DNA of 64,000 nucleotides from an uncultured Akkermansia sp. (GCA_949296365.1 CASFPZ010000016.1:17157-81156); one strand, 5' to 3'. Shown: positions 37,995 through 49,241, counted from the stretch's first letter. Notes: generated from the sequence alone by a model not told the origin. Program-made: numbers and translations.

Positions 37995-39385
37995 GACGAT
38001 GCAAATTGTTCGCCTTTTCCAGACAAAATACAGGTCTTCCCAAACTCAGGGATAATTATTGTGATATCAGGCAACTCCTGGCTCAATCGGTTACGCATCC
38101 ACTCGATAGCCTCTAGGTCACCGTGAACCAGAACGACTCGCTTGGGATGGAGATTTCGTACATAGTCCACCAGTACTTCGCGATCAGAGTGCCCTGAAAA
38201 ATCGAAGCTATCCATTTCGCACTTCACAGATACAGGAGAACCATGGGAACTCATGCAAACAGTTTGGCCTGTAGCAATTGTTTTCAGCATGCCTGCAGGA
38301 GAATCGGGGTCACAATAACCGACAAATAAAATAGAATTGGCAGGATTGGGCAACACTTGCTCTGCCAAAGTATTCGACAAGGTTTTCTCCGTCATCATGC
38401 CACTGGAAACAAGATAGATATTACCAGGCTCACAGCGCATCATACCTTTCGAACGACGCGGTAACGGTACCATTTCGACTTGTTCTTTGAAGATAAAATC
38501 AGTTGGAATTCGGCGCGTCCGATGTTCAAAAAGATCATAAAGACGCATCACCTTAGCACTCAGGCCACCGTAATATACTGGTGTTTTTAAAGGAATAAGA
38601 CCTTCCTGCTTAAACCGGTGAATACTGTAAAGTATCTCCTGACCCTTGCCCAAGGCAAACACTGGAATCAATACACTTCCCCCTCGCTGCAACGTCTCAG
38701 CAATCTTGCCCGCAAATCGACTTAGTTCTTGATTCCGGCTAAATCCTTCTGGACGTTCCTGCTGCCCACGCGTACACTCCATAATCAATGTATCAACTCC
38801 ATCTTGAGGAAAATCAGCACCAGGAATCACACTTTGATCCTCAAACTGAACGTCTCCCGTGTAAAATACCGTCTCTCCAGCCTCTGATTCCAAATAGACT
38901 CCAGCAGACCCCAAAATATGCCCTGCATCGTAAAACATTGCCAACACATTTTTTTCAGATCCAATCCGGAATGCTTCCTGATAAGGTTTGGCCTGCCAAT
39001 GTTCGCTCCACTCCTCCAAATCTCGATGTGTAAAAAGTGGATATTCGATAATCCCAAGCTCCAATCTTTTAGAACTCATCACATTAACAGAATTGTGCAA
39101 CATAACTTCACCAACGGCTGCTGTTGCCGGAGTCATGAAAACTTCCGCTTGCGGCTGTTTCATTTGCAATACGGGCAGTGTCCCGATGTGGTCAAGATGT
39201 GAATGTGAGATAAATACAGCCTCAACCTCGCCTGATTTCAGCTGATAAAAATCAGGTATGGCAGCTTCACCTTCTTTCTTCGGGTGCATCCCGGAGTCTA
39301 AAATTATTCTTACTCCATCAATTTCCAGTAAATAACAGTTGGAGCCAATTTCCTTTTCCCCGCCTATATTTCTAAAAGTTACCAT
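37991..39385 (-). CDS. MBL-fold beta-CASP ribonuclease
   Basis: EIGSNCY, SHSHLDHIG, AGHILGSA, YTGD, MECT, FSGHSD, LVHGD; start set at MVTFRNIGG. Confidence 0.9.
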   Translation of the reverse strand: MVTFRNIGGEKEIGSNCYLLEIDGVRIILDSGMHPKKEGEAAIPDFYQLKSGEVEAVFISHSHLDHIGTLPVLQMKQPQAEVFMTPATAAVGEVMLHNSVNVMSSKRLELGIIEYPLFTHRDLEEWSEHWQAKPYQEAFRIGSEKNVLAMFYDAGHILGSAGVYLESEAGETVFYTGDVQFEDQSVIPGADFPQDGVDTLIMECTRGQQERPEGFSRNQELSRFAGKIAETLQRGGSVLIPVFALGKGQEILYSIHRFKQEGLIPLKTPVYYGGLSAKVMRLYDLFEHRTRRIPTDFIFKEQVEMVPLPRRSKGMMRCEPGNIYLVSSGMMTEKTLSNTLAEQVLPNPANSILFVGYCDPDSPAGMLKTIATGQTVCMSSHGSPVSVKCEMDSFDFSGHSDREVLVDYVRNLHPKRVVLVHGDLEAIEWMRNRLSQELPDITIIIPEFGKTCILSGKGEQFASS

Positions 39386-39459
39386 GTCGGAATAGATATA
39401 ATACCGCAAAATTTCCCATTTGTCAAAACCAACGAACTAGGATGACATCGGGAATAACC

Positions 39460-41205
39460 TTAAATTCCTCCCAGCATAAATCCATCCTGATCGATCGGTA
39501 TAGCCGATCTAATGTCTTGAATGGAAATTGATAGCGAGGCTCGTCCACGGTAAATATTACGATCGATAGTAAAAGCAATGTCCCAAGGTGGGTCGGGAAA
39601 ATCAAAGTTGGCACCATTAAAGAAGATAGCATCCCGTTCAATAAAACCTTGACGCATAAACAACTTAAGGTGATTGTTACCAACCCGTTTGGGTGGTTCA
39701 GTCGGGAATACCCCTCGAGACATAAACACCGGCAGAGGATTGGAATTTCCAAATGGCTCCAACAATTCGTAGCTATCAAGAAGCTCCAACGTCAACTCAA
39801 CAAACGACACCTCAGCATCAATCAACAAAACAGGCTTCCTCTGTTGAGGGGTCGTCGTTTGTTCAACATATTCATTAAACCTCTGCCGAAAAACATCAAT
39901 CATCTTCTCCTCGATTACGAGTCCAGCAGCCATGTCATGGCCACCGCCAGATATCAGGCAATCGGAACAAGCACTAATCGCCTGAACAAGAGACACCCCC
40001 GGTATCGTGCGACCAGACCCTTTCCCCACTCCTGCCGAGTCGATTGCAATGACAAATGTCGGCTTATAATACCGACGCATTAACTGAGAAGCCACAATAC
40101 CTACTACACCAGGATGCCAGGAGCGTGCGCCCAGCACAATAACGTGGTTTTTTTCAAGGTCAAAATGCTGTAACATAGCAATTGCCTCTGTGCGAATGGC
40201 TTCCTCCTCTTCTTGGCGTCTTTTGTTGTGATCGTCAAGGACATGCGACAAGAATCGGGCTTTGTCAATATCGTTCTCCAACAACAAATCTAACGCATCC
40301 AAAGGAGAATCCATGCGCCCTGCTGCATTCAAACGTGGACCAATACGAAAGCCCACCTGAGCCGCTGTCGGCATACCTGACAAACCCGCCAATTCTGTCA
40401 ATGCACGTAACCCCATGTGAGCACTATGCATCAATTGCTGTAACCCCCGGCGCACTAGAAGTCGATTCTCCCCAACAAGCGGGACAATATCTGCCACTGT
40501 TGCAACAGCCACCATATCCACATATTCTTTCAAGTCAAAATCGTCCAAATGCCGCGCTTTGAGCAAAGCATGAGCTAATTTGAAAACTACGCCAGCACTA
40601 CATAAATAAGTATAAGGGCTGTAAGCTTCTACCTTGGGATTCACTACAGCAGAAGCTGCCGGTAACGGGCCATCCCCGCCTTCATGGTGATCCAGAATAA
40701 TCACATCTATTCCCAATTCATGCAGGTAATCTACCTCCACGACGGAAGACGTGCCACAGTCTACCGTAATAATCAACGAGGGGGTACAATCCAATTCATG
40801 CAAACAACGCTCCAATCCTTGTTTGCTCAGTCCATAGCCCTCCTGAGATCGTATGGGTATAAAATAATGTGGATGTAATCCGTATGCTCCGAGAATCGCT
40901 CGTAACACAGCCACCGACGTCACACCATCGACGTCGTAGTCTCCATAAATACAAACGTCTTCCCCGGAGTCGACAGCCTGAAAAATTCGATCAACAGCTT
41001 GCTGAATGCCTCCGATAGCATAAGGATCCGTCAAATCCGCTAACCGAGGGAAAAGAAATCTCTGAGTCTCCAATCCACCTCGATGGCCACGCTGCAATAG
41101 CAAATGACGAACAAGAGCAGGTATCGCCTCCGGGAAATCCTCGGCCTCTTCTGTCGTCCCCGTCACACACGAGGGACGTTGATGCCAATAAAACCCCGAA
41201 ATCAT
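39460..41205 (-). CDS. recJ: Single-stranded DNA exonuclease RecJ
   Basis: YGDYDVDG, TVDCG, LDHH, ATVADIVPL, PRLNAAGR, GSGR, GGHDMAAG, LEPFGNSNP. Confidence 0.96.
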   Translation of the reverse strand: MISGFYWHQRPSCVTGTTEEAEDFPEAIPALVRHLLLQRGHRGGLETQRFLFPRLADLTDPYAIGGIQQAVDRIFQAVDSGEDVCIYGDYDVDGVTSVAVLRAILGAYGLHPHYFIPIRSQEGYGLSKQGLERCLHELDCTPSLIITVDCGTSSVVEVDYLHELGIDVIILDHHEGGDGPLPAASAVVNPKVEAYSPYTYLCSAGVVFKLAHALLKARHLDDFDLKEYVDMVAVATVADIVPLVGENRLLVRRGLQQLMHSAHMGLRALTELAGLSGMPTAAQVGFRIGPRLNAAGRMDSPLDALDLLLENDIDKARFLSHVLDDHNKRRQEEEEAIRTEAIAMLQHFDLEKNHVIVLGARSWHPGVVGIVASQLMRRYYKPTFVIAIDSAGVGKGSGRTIPGVSLVQAISACSDCLISGGGHDMAAGLVIEEKMIDVFRQRFNEYVEQTTTPQQRKPVLLIDAEVSFVELTLELLDSYELLEPFGNSNPLPVFMSRGVFPTEPPKRVGNNHLKLFMRQGFIERDAIFFNGANFDFPDPPWDIAFTIDRNIYRGRASLSISIQDIRSAIPIDQDGFMLGGI

Positions 41206-41388
41206 GCGCTTATCTTCTTCCTAGAATGTCAAAGGGTCAAGAATGGACTACTGAAAGAAATACCTACATGCCATTAAAATTATTTATAATGGCGTGAATA
41301 TCAACTAAATACACTAGTGTTAAAAATTAAGTATCTTACTTGATTGACGCAGTCCATAAACGGACTTTTGCCTCGTTGTTCCATATTT

Positions 41389-43326
41389 TTAAAGTTCGTA
41401 ATACGTATAACCATTCAATCCCGAACGGAAAACATCCATAGCCTTACGGCGCTCGGCGGGAGTAATCCTCCCTTCAGTAACTGCATTTTCAGCAAGAATT
41501 CGGAATTGATCGATCAATGATTTGGTATTGTATTCAACGTAAGAAAGGACATCTGCCACAGTATCCCCCTCGACCTCATGCGTATACACAGGGTGTTTAT
41601 CCTCCAAATGGACACCCACCACATTTGTATCACCTAAAAGGTTGTGGAGATCTCCAAGCGTTTCCTGGTACGCACCTACCAAAAATACACCAATGTAATA
41701 GTTTTCATCTGGTGCGACATTGTGAAGCAAAATAGCTTTAGCTACATCTTCTCGATCGATAAACTGGTCAATCTTCCCATCGCAGTCACATGTAATATCG
41801 GCAATGACTGCTCGATTGGTGGGCCGTTCATTCAGGCGCTGTAATGGCATTACTGGAAATAACTGATCAATCGCCCAAGTATCCGGTAACGACTGGAATA
41901 GCGAAAAATTCCCATAATACACATCTACCATTGAACACGACAACTCGCGTAAATCTTCCGGAATAGTCTCCATTTCTGTCAACATCATCGAAATACGCTT
42001 CAAAATGTGCCAGTAGTAAGCTTCTCCTAAACCTCGTTCCCGCAACGTACTATTCCCATAAAAGAACTGAGCTCTTAATTGGTCACGGTAATAACAGGCA
42101 TCATTGTAACATTCCTGCAAATTTTTCCGCGAAATCATACGATTCGTGTCCACCAAACATTTCAATAATTCTGAGGCATCTTCGGGTATCGCTGGCGGAT
42201 TATCCTCACCCGGTGCATTCGTCACATCCAATACATTAAACACAAGAACAGAATAATAAGCCACCACCGCTCGGCCAGACTCCGTAACCAGTGTTGGATG
42301 TTCAACTCCATACTTATTGCATACCTCACCGACAATTTCAACGACATCCCTCGCAAATTCGGCAATGGAATAGTTACAGGATGAATGGAAATTCGTCTTC
42401 GATCCATCATAATCAACAGCCAACCCTCCCCCCATATCGAGGATTCCCATGGAAGCTCCTTCCTTGACAAGGTCAGCATAAATGCGCGCTGCTTCTGTCA
42501 AACCTTCTCGGATAATGGAAATATTGGGTATTTGAGATCCCTGGTGAAAATGCAACAATCTCAAACAGTCCAAATATCCCTCGTTCTTCAACTTGTCAAC
42601 CACCTCAATCACTTGGGCTGCATTTAAACCAAAAACAGATTTATCTCCTGCCGATTCTTGCCACATGCCGGCTCCTTTAGTAGCTAAACGTACTCGTATC
42701 CCTAAATTGGGGCGAATCTTCATCTTAGCAGCTCGTTTCAGAATCACATCGAGTTCAGAAGGCATTTCGAGCACGATAAAAATATTAATTCCAAGTTTCT
42801 GTGCCGTAAGCGCAAGATCAATAAATTCATCATCTTTATAACCATTGCAAATCAAGTAAGATTCCGGATTCTGCATATAGGACAACGCAGCAATCAACTC
42901 AGGTTTCGACCCCGCCTCCAATCCATAATTGTATCTGGCCCCAAATGCTGTTACTTCCTCGATAACCTGCCGTTGCTGATTCACCTTTATGGGGTAGACT
43001 CCTTGATAACGGCCACGGTAATTGGCTTCTCGGATAGCTGAAGCAAAACTTTCATTCAATTCCTCTATGCGATTACGCAACAAATCCCTGAACCTAAACA
43101 ATACTGGTACACTCATACCTCGCTCGACGAGGCCGTCCACTAAATCAACCAAGCTAACATCGTGATAGACACCGTCCTTACTGTCATTCAGTCTCACAGT
43201 CGCCTCCCCATTCTTATTAACTCGGAAATACCCATTTCCCCAATCGTCTACACAATATAATTCAGCTGAATCGTTATGTGTCCAACCGCGGATTTTTTGT
43301 TTGATTCCTTCCTTGCGTGTCGCCAT
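41389..43326 (-). CDS. speA: Biosynthetic arginine decarboxylase
   Basis: VYPIKVNQ, LEAGSKPE, HFHQGSQI, DMGGGLAVDYDG, TESGRA, FQSLPDTWAIDQLFP, DITCDCDG, GAYQETLG. Confidence 0.96.
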   Translation of the reverse strand: MATRKEGIKQKIRGWTHNDSAELYCVDDWGNGYFRVNKNGEATVRLNDSKDGVYHDVSLVDLVDGLVERGMSVPVLFRFRDLLRNRIEELNESFASAIREANYRGRYQGVYPIKVNQQRQVIEEVTAFGARYNYGLEAGSKPELIAALSYMQNPESYLICNGYKDDEFIDLALTAQKLGINIFIVLEMPSELDVILKRAAKMKIRPNLGIRVRLATKGAGMWQESAGDKSVFGLNAAQVIEVVDKLKNEGYLDCLRLLHFHQGSQIPNISIIREGLTEAARIYADLVKEGASMGILDMGGGLAVDYDGSKTNFHSSCNYSIAEFARDVVEIVGEVCNKYGVEHPTLVTESGRAVVAYYSVLVFNVLDVTNAPGEDNPPAIPEDASELLKCLVDTNRMISRKNLQECYNDACYYRDQLRAQFFYGNSTLRERGLGEAYYWHILKRISMMLTEMETIPEDLRELSCSMVDVYYGNFSLFQSLPDTWAIDQLFPVMPLQRLNERPTNRAVIADITCDCDGKIDQFIDREDVAKAILLHNVAPDENYYIGVFLVGAYQETLGDLHNLLGDTNVVGVHLEDKHPVYTHEVEGDTVADVLSYVEYNTKSLIDQFRILAENAVTEGRITPAERRKAMDVFRSGLNGYTYYEL

Positions 43327-43374
43327 AGTCTTTTATCTATAAATTCTATCTAAACAATTAAAAAATAGGCTTAA

Positions 43375-44580
43375 TCAACCCAGTCTCGAACGAAAATCAT
43401 CGTACGAGAAATGACGGACGAGTCTCAAATTCCCGCTCTCTTCGATAAAAATGTCGGGATGCTGAACTCCATTGAAGAATGTCGTCTTCACCATAGTATA
43501 GTGAGACATGTCATCAAACACAAGTTCGTCCCCCGGACGAAGCATACGTGGGAATGCATAATCTCCAATAATATCGCCCGACAAACATGTTGCCGCACCT
43601 AGACGAATAGTCACACCCGGTTCCCCTGGCTGCCCTGCTGCACAGTAACTCTCTCCCGGCAAAACAACTGCTGGGTTCTTGTCTTCCTCACAAGTTGATT
43701 CGCCTCGCTCCACTAAAAAAACATCTGGTCGATATGGCATCTCCAAAACATCAGGCATATGTGCCGAGGCTGAAACATTCAGAATTGCATGGTTATATCC
43801 CTCAGATTGAAAAACATCGAGCACATGACACCGTAAAACTCCCGTATGGATAGCCACCGCTTCACCAGGCTCCAACCAAACATCAACCTGGTAGGCCGCC
43901 TTAAGCCTCTGAATGATCCTGATCAACAATTCCCTATTATAATTTGGTTTGGTAATCCAATGTCCGCCTCCTAAATTTAACCATGTAATTTCCGGCTTTT
44001 TCAACAAGAAGCCAAAATCGCGTTCCAAAACTTGCAGAGTTGCCTCCAAATCCTCTGATCCCTGCTCGCACAAAGTATGCATATGAAGTCCGGAAATTCC
44101 CTGCAAATCCGTCCCTGTCAATAGGTCAGAAATGATCCCTAAACGAGATCCAGGAACACACGGGTCGTACAAAGCCGTATGCCCGGTCGAAAACCTTGGA
44201 TTCACACGCAATCCGCATTTCAACTGCCCATTGACAAACCTTGGATGTTTCATGACAACACTCTGAAAACGTTTCCATTGGCTGAGACTATTGAAATCTA
44301 AATGATCTGTTACTTCCAACAATTCTTCAATATCACTCAAATCGTACCCTGGTGCATAGGTTAAAACAGATTTTTGAAATTCTTCCCGAGCCAACCGAGC
44401 TTCCCATACTCCAGAAGCACAACACCCATCCAAGTAAGGACGCAATACATCAAACACTGGCCAAAGAGCAAAACCTTTCAACGCCATAACAATCCGACAC
44501 CCGGCAGCCTGAGCTGTCTGCCGAAGAATCTGGGCATTGCGTTCTAACGCTTCTGAACTAATAATGTAAGCTGGAGTCAA
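43375..44580 (-). CDS. nspC: Carboxynorspermidine/carboxyspermidine decarboxylase
   Basis: MALKGFA, FNSLSQW, YDPCVPGSRLG, GLHMHTLCEQ, NLGGGH, EPGEA, YTMVKTTFFNG. The TTG start is uncertain. Confidence 0.93.
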   Translation of the reverse strand: MTPAYIISSEALERNAQILRQTAQAAGCRIVMALKGFALWPVFDVLRPYLDGCCASGVWEARLAREEFQKSVLTYAPGYDLSDIEELLEVTDHLDFNSLSQWKRFQSVVMKHPRFVNGQLKCGLRVNPRFSTGHTALYDPCVPGSRLGIISDLLTGTDLQGISGLHMHTLCEQGSEDLEATLQVLERDFGFLLKKPEITWLNLGGGHWITKPNYNRELLIRIIQRLKAAYQVDVWLEPGEAVAIHTGVLRCHVLDVFQSEGYNHAILNVSASAHMPDVLEMPYRPDVFLVERGESTCEEDKNPAVVLPGESYCAAGQPGEPGVTIRLGAATCLSGDIIGDYAFPRMLRPGDELVFDDMSHYTMVKTTFFNGVQHPDIFIEESGNLRLVRHFSYDDFRSRLG

Positions 44581-44760
44581 TGGAGTGCATTCAACGTATG
44601 CATAAAAACAGATTTGGCGAGCAAAATAATCATTCCGGAACTAAACAGACTCACTTTTCACATACAAACAAAATTTTTTTAAGGGGAACGTCATCTTTTG
44701 CTTGAAATATCAATCAATTTTCTCTTTTATATGGAAAACCATATGTTACCGCTATTTACT

Positions 44761-45585
44761 ATGAATTCTCTCCGTCCTTTCACTTCTATCACCCTTGGTT
44801 TGTGTTTCAGTGTTATTGTTGCTAGTTGTAACCATTCTTCTTCTCCTAGTGTAGCTGCGCAAAAATTGTCTGATGCTTCTTATACTGAAATTTATGGTTT
44901 CAATGGTAGTATGGCACCCAATGATAGACAATTTGTCGCGTGTGGACCTATACCCTCTCAAGCCAAAAGTCTGATTGTACAATATTTGAAAAAGGCCCAT
45001 CTTAAAAAAGTTGACATCATTCACCCACAACAATTCATTCAGGTTGACGATAAGGGATGGATTCTTTGCACAAATCCTGCTGGACAATTGGTCGGATTTC
45101 TCACGCCTTCCGATGCCTCTATTGACCAAGTAAAACACTATCCTACCTGCGGTAGCTATCAATTGCTTGTCAACGATTCTGCTGATGCGCCTCAGCTCTC
45201 ATACCAAATCCTAAAATCACTTCAATTTTCAGATGCCTACCGTCAAAATGTTCGTAAGCACTTAGGCCTTGAACCCACAGTACTTAATGAGCCAACCCGT
45301 GAAGTCATCTCTAATACTTCAGTTGCTCAGGATAATAATAAAGCAGCCATTTCAAATCCTACACCTAAATCTGCTGCCGAATCCAAGCCTACTGATACTG
45401 AAAATGATTCTACTGCAACTGACATTACCACGGCTGATGATACTTCAGTTGACAATACTGAATCTGTCGATAACGCAGAAACCTCGTCTGAAGAAGAACC
45501 AGCATCCGATGAAACCACCTCGGATACTCCATCTACAGAACCTGAGACTGCCGACGAACCAGAAGCTACTACGGCTGAAGCCTAA
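44761..45585 (+). CDS. Hypothetical lipoprotein with an acidic, Thr-rich low-complexity tail
   Basis: Lipobox VIVASC; C-terminal ~80 aa rich in D/E/T/S/P. Confidence 0.6.
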   Translation: MNSLRPFTSITLGLCFSVIVASCNHSSSPSVAAQKLSDASYTEIYGFNGSMAPNDRQFVACGPIPSQAKSLIVQYLKKAHLKKVDIIHPQQFIQVDDKGWILCTNPAGQLVGFLTPSDASIDQVKHYPTCGSYQLLVNDSADAPQLSYQILKSLQFSDAYRQNVRKHLGLEPTVLNEPTREVISNTSVAQDNNKAAISNPTPKSAAESKPTDTENDSTATDITTADDTSVDNTESVDNAETSSEEEPASDETTSDTPSTEPETADEPEATTAEA

Positions 45586-45622
45586 TAGTTAATTTTCCTC
45601 CATCTTAAAATATTTCCTTTAT

Positions 45623-45658
45623 GAGGGTGTGTCGTAATGAACGATGCACCCTCTTTTT
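45623..45658 (+). terminator. Intrinsic terminator
   Basis: GAGGGTGTGTCGT-AATGA-ACGATGCACCCTC hairpin followed by TTTTT. Confidence 0.8.
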
Positions 45659-45931
45659 CGTCAATTACACAAAAACGGTTCGTTATTTTCAGGCTACCAT
45701 ATTTCGATTTTTTTGATTCATGGATCCTCAATTCCCAAGAAAAGACCCTGTAAGATCGTAAAAGCGTTTAATTAGCCTGTTATGCCTTTTTTCTCTGCTT
45801 CGCACACCTCTTCTTTAGATTGAAGGTAATGGCTAAGAAAGAATCCCAAGTACACAGGCTTTTTACTCGACAGCTCATGAGACGCGCCATAGTCTAATGC
45901 TCAACATATCTTTGTTTATTTCGATCGTCCC

Positions 45932-47401
45932 ATGCCACTTTCCGATTACACCGTTACAATAGGTCTTGAAATTCATTGCCAGATCAAAACTAAAAGCAAG
46001 ATGTTCTGTTCCTGCAAGGCTGAATCTGGCGATGAGCCCAACACTCATGTTTGTCCTGTATGTTTGGGACTGCCCGGAGCTTTGCCTGTGCTAAACAAAT
46101 ATGCCATTGAACAGACTATCTTGACCGGATTGATGTTGGGATGTTCAACTCCATCCATATCCAAGTGGGACCGCAAGAGTTACTTCTATCCAGATATGCC
46201 GAAAAATTACCAGACAACTCAACTGGATTTGCCTTTGTGTATTGGTGGAGCCATTCCTCTTTTCCCATGGTGTTACCCCACCGATATGGTCAAAAAGAAA
46301 GGGTTGCCAGAATTTCGTTCTGCAAAACTCGATCACATCCACCTTGAAGAAGACGCAGGTAAACTAACCCATCACGCTTCCTATTCGTTAATTGATTATA
46401 ACCGTGCTGGCACTCCGCTCATGGAAATCGTAACAGCCCCCGACATGCACTCCCCAGAAGAAGCCTACGCCTGTCTAAAATCTCTTCAACTCATGGTTAT
46501 CTATGGTGGTATCTCAGACGCTGATATGGAAAAAGGTCAAATGCGCTGCGATGTCAATGTTTCCCTCTTCCCTAAAGGCCAACAGGGGCTAGGATCCAAA
46601 ATTGAAATGAAAAATATCAATTCCACAGGTGCCGTTCGTCGTGCCTTGGAATACGAAATTCGACGTCAATCTGAAGAACTCGATATGGGTATTGACCAAG
46701 TGCAATCTACTCGCCGATGGGATGACGAACGCGGAGAAAGCATCCTGATGCGCACTAAGGAAAATGCTCATGATTACCGTTACTTCACCTGTCCGGATCT
46801 TGTACCAATTCACACGGCCAACATAGTCACAAAGATGGAAACGCAAGTTCCAGAACACCCCATGGACAAGCAACAACGTTTCATCAGAGACTTTGCCATA
46901 AGCGAATACGATGCCAATGTGCTCGTAGCAGATCCCGAATTAGCTCGTTATTTTGAGGCAGCAGCAACACAACCTGCTCTGGGTAAAAAAATCGCTAACT
47001 GGGTTATCAATGTCGTCGCTGGCCTCTTGAATGAAAAAGGGATTTCTCCGTCTCAATGTCCTGTACAGCCCACAGCCATTGCAGGACTCGTGACATTAGT
47101 CGAAGACGGTACGGTATCCAACAACCAAGCTCGCGAAGTCTTGATGCTACTTTGGAACCAACCGGAACTCGAACCTACCGTTGCAGCTAAACAACTCGGT
47201 TTCGAAAAAACAGATACCTCGTTTCTCGATGGCATTATCGACAAAATCCTTGCTATTAACCCAGATAAAGCCGTAGAAATCTCTTCAGGAAATGCTAAAC
47301 TCCTCAACTGGCTTACCGGCCAGGTTATGCGAGAAGTTAAAGGGAAAGCGAACCCCAAAATGGTCACCGAAACGCTCCGCAAAAAACTTGGTCTCAATTA
47401 A
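45932..47401 (+). CDS. gatB: Asp/Glu-tRNA amidotransferase subunit B
   Basis: TIGLEIHCQ, RKSYFYPDMPKNYQ, HLEEDAGK, DYNRAGTPLMEIVT, MRCDVNVS, KGKANP. Confidence 0.97.
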   Translation: MPLSDYTVTIGLEIHCQIKTKSKMFCSCKAESGDEPNTHVCPVCLGLPGALPVLNKYAIEQTILTGLMLGCSTPSISKWDRKSYFYPDMPKNYQTTQLDLPLCIGGAIPLFPWCYPTDMVKKKGLPEFRSAKLDHIHLEEDAGKLTHHASYSLIDYNRAGTPLMEIVTAPDMHSPEEAYACLKSLQLMVIYGGISDADMEKGQMRCDVNVSLFPKGQQGLGSKIEMKNINSTGAVRRALEYEIRRQSEELDMGIDQVQSTRRWDDERGESILMRTKENAHDYRYFTCPDLVPIHTANIVTKMETQVPEHPMDKQQRFIRDFAISEYDANVLVADPELARYFEAAATQPALGKKIANWVINVVAGLLNEKGISPSQCPVQPTAIAGLVTLVEDGTVSNNQAREVLMLLWNQPELEPTVAAKQLGFEKTDTSFLDGIIDKILAINPDKAVEISSGNAKLLNWLTGQVMREVKGKANPKMVTETLRKKLGLN

Positions 47402-47431
47402 TTTATCCACCAGTTTGAGTCCCCCCTCGCC

Positions 47432-47460
47432 TTGACGGAATAAAATTCAATCCATACAAT
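47432..47460 (+). promoter_or_regulatory. Sigma70-type promoter of menA
   Basis: TTGACG (47432-37), 17 bp, TACAAT (47455-60); the ATG is only 11 nt downstream. Confidence 0.65.
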
Positions 47461-47471
47461 TCGTTTCCACT

Positions 47472-48389
47472 ATGAGCCAATTGGGGTCTTATTTTCTAGC
47501 TAGCCGTCCCAAAACCCTTTCAGCTGCGCTCATCCCTGTATGGGCCGGGTGCATGGTTGTTTGGCGCTTAACCGGACAATGGAATTTTACTTTAGCTGTT
47601 TTTACATTTACCTCTGCGCTCTGCCTGCAAATTGCCTGTAACTTATTCAACGACGCTATCGATCACGCTAAACATGCTGACACTAAACGCCGTACTGGTC
47701 CAAAACGCATGACAGCCTCTGGCAATTTATCTCGCCGCCAGGTATTTATTGGAGCAACTATTTTCCTTCTTATTGCCTGTGGTATGGCTATCCCTCTTAT
47801 CGACTTGCGTGGATGGCCCATCATTGCTATCGGCATTCCATCTCTTTATTTCGCTTATGGTTACACTGGCGGTCCATATCCTTTGGCCTACAATGGCCTT
47901 GGTGAGATCTTCGTTATTCTCTTCTTCGGGTTAGTCGCTGTCTTAGGCACAATCCTTGTCCAAATTGGGACTTCCCTTTTCGTTCCTGGTACAAATCTCG
48001 TAAGTTTACAGGTCTACCATGCCGGATTTCTTGTAGGTATCCAAGTTGGTCTTCTCAGCGCCTCGATGATTTCTATCAACAACCTGCGCGATCGTAAAGA
48101 AGACGCTACCACCGGGAAGAAAACTCTTGCTGTTCGACTTGGTTCTGCTAAAGCTCGCGGCATGACGATGGGGTTTATCGTTGCTACTTATGTCACTCTT
48201 CCCATGTCATTCAGAGTTCTCCAATTATCGATTGAAGATGCCTGGTGGAAATGGTTACCGTCCCTATTACTGGCTGGTTACATGCTACTGAAAATCCAAC
48301 GTACGCCAGAAAATCAATGTCTTAACCCTGTTCTGGGGCTCGCTTCTCTCCATCTTATCATTTATATCCTTGCCTATACTCTCAGTTAA
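47472..48389 (+). CDS. menA: 1,4-dihydroxy-2-naphthoate prenyltransferase
   Basis: ASRPKTL, NLFNDAID, YTGGPYPLAYNGLGE, INNLRD..ED..TGKKTLAVRLG. Confidence 0.93.
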   Translation: MSQLGSYFLASRPKTLSAALIPVWAGCMVVWRLTGQWNFTLAVFTFTSALCLQIACNLFNDAIDHAKHADTKRRTGPKRMTASGNLSRRQVFIGATIFLLIACGMAIPLIDLRGWPIIAIGIPSLYFAYGYTGGPYPLAYNGLGEIFVILFFGLVAVLGTILVQIGTSLFVPGTNLVSLQVYHAGFLVGIQVGLLSASMISINNLRDRKEDATTGKKTLAVRLGSAKARGMTMGFIVATYVTLPMSFRVLQLSIEDAWWKWLPSLLLAGYMLLKIQRTPENQCLNPVLGLASLHLIIYILAYTLS

Positions 48390-48399
48390 GGGAAATCCC

Positions 48400-48840
48400 A
48401 TCAATATCAACTGACACTCAAAAGCCACCAAGATTGTGGGTCAACTGGTAGCATTTGGCTGCAATGTTAACAAAAGATACGTCAGTCGTTTAAATCATGA
48501 TATTCCATACTTCTCGAATGCATAAGTACAATCTCTGATTCTTCATGATATACTTCATCCGGGATTTCTCCTCTCTCTGTGGTACTTGACTATCTGTACC
48601 AGACTGGCGATGCTTTCTTGTTGCTCTTCTGTCAGAAGATGCCCGCGACACCCTCGTTCGCATATTCTCGCCTTCATCCCCTTTCTCACAAAAGCAATCT
48701 CCATGCCTACGTAGCCTGAATCCATATAAAACTCTTCCCTTTTAATATCATTGCAGTCAACTAGTTCTGATGAATACCTAGAATCATGCACAGAGGCAGA
48801 CGTCGTGGCATAACCTGTTATCAACTTGGTCTTGTAATTA
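48400..48840 (-). mobile_element. IS5-family transposase C-terminal remnant
   Basis: KLITGYATTSASVHDS...YMDSGYVG...ICERGCRGHLLTEEQ resembles the IS5 DDE region; broken downstream. Confidence 0.65.
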
Positions 48841-49241
48841 TTAGTGTCCGGTAAAACTTTTTGAGTAAGTAGTTCCCTTAAAGTAGTTTACTAGGAGAAA
48901 ATTGAGGACAATCAAACTCCAATTTTTGGGAGTCTTATTGTCGATCTGCCGCGCACAGTGTTGTAACAGAGTTTCAGAAACACGTAGAACTTCTTTGGAT
49001 CGGTTCCGACACTCAGATTTGATGGGGTCATGTGCGGCAAGAACTGTTATACTTCTTCAAAGGCGAGAAAGAGATTAGGTGAAAATGCTTAAAGAAGCCG
49101 ATAAGAAACCTCCAGAAACTCGCCTTGTTTTCATTGGACTTACTTTTTCCAGAAATCCATTCGCTACGTCCGTTTGCTAGGCATTGCGGAGGCCTTCAAT
49201 CAATTTGGTCTTATCCGTTTTTACCGGACACTAATAATAAA

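Noticed and set aside
45330-45585. Low-complexity GAT/ACT-rich stretch as a tandem repeat or CRISPR
   Set aside because: It is the coding acidic tail of a lipoprotein; there is no fixed repeat unit or spacers.
48860-49240. Unexplained 380-bp spacer between the IS5 remnant and uppP
   Set aside because: I could not recognise an ORF, IR or RNA motif; it may be further decayed IS or gene sequence.
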